Positions 63,732 through 64,000 of a stretch of 64,000 nt of DNA are shown here, piece after piece. Numbering within the stretch: position 1 is the stretch's first letter; each line of letters begins with the position of its first letter. The stretch lies in IMG/VR virus record IMGVR_UViG_3300028024_000003. One strand, 5' to 3'. Below the pieces are notes generated by a model that saw only the letters and a program-made list of their open reading frames with translations, ran no database searches and was not told the DNA's origin. Origin of the DNA: a virus. A program made the position numbers and the translations under genes.

Positions 63732-64000
63732 ATGACTCTTGAAATCACCATTCCTCCGGAAGACGACGACAGCATCATCGCGCTGAACGCCGACCAGACA
63801 GCCGTCGCTACAAAGCTCATTCTCGAATTGCAGCAAGCTATGGGTACCATTGCGAGCGTGCTCAAGGGACCGGATGCGAGCGTGTTCAAGGATGGTTTGC
63901 CGCGCGGGCTCGCGACGAATTGCCTGTCGGTTGCAGAACATCGCATGGCTGACCTGGGCAAGCTGCTCGGCGTCGCAACCGATTCGGCTGCCGAGATGGA
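63732..64000 (+). CDS. Hypothetical protein, N-terminal part only (runs off window)
   Basis: AAAGGA RBS; CTATACA at 63692-63698; open frame to the window end. Confidence 0.65.
   Translation, partial: MTLEITIPPEDDDSIIALNADQTAVATKLILELQQAMGTIASVLKGPDASVFKDGLPRGLATNCLSVAEHRMADLGKLLGVATDSAAEM

Noticed and set aside
1-64000. tRNA, rRNA, CRISPR arrays, IS elements, replication or conjugation genes
   Set aside because: None recognisable by eye; a tRNAscan-SE/Infernal/ISEScan run would be needed to exclude them formally.

Overview
GC-rich (Burkholderiaceae-like codon usage), gene-dense accessory DNA, most consistent with a large plasmid or other extrachromosomal element carrying jumbo-phage-like cargo. 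I saw no rep/par/tra genes, phage structural genes, transposase, rRNA, tRNA or CRISPR array. Recognisable cargo: (1) NAD metabolism: adjacent Prs-like and NAMPT-like genes (NARP1-like pair), NrtR, a separate NMNAT, NAD-dependent ligase LigA, an ADP-ribosyltransferase-like protein and a NUDIX hydrolase. (2) A four-gene polysaccharide locus: NodC/HasA-like GT2 synthase, membrane-fusion-like protein, TolC-like secreted protein and UDP-sugar 6-dehydrogenase. (3) DNA/nucleotide functions: ERCC4 nuclease, RuvB, class II RNR, DndC-like protein. (4) Other genes: H-NS with two DNA-binding domains, NYN-CSD, PspA/DUF2491, two modular Ig-repeat surface proteins, a probably inactive tyrosine recombinase next to a probably inactive histidine kinase, a class II aaRS-like core beside a MazG-like protein, and many small hypotheticals. 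Two non-coding patterns stand out. About 19 genes have an oriented CTATAC(G/C/A) element 26-58 nt before their start, often just after a terminator from a repeated family, which gives a terminator-promoter-gene cassette layout. A 15-bp motif GTAAATNRCRAYTAA recurs in the promoters of both the NAD genes and the polysaccharide genes. All calls come from visual motif recognition; no database searches were run.
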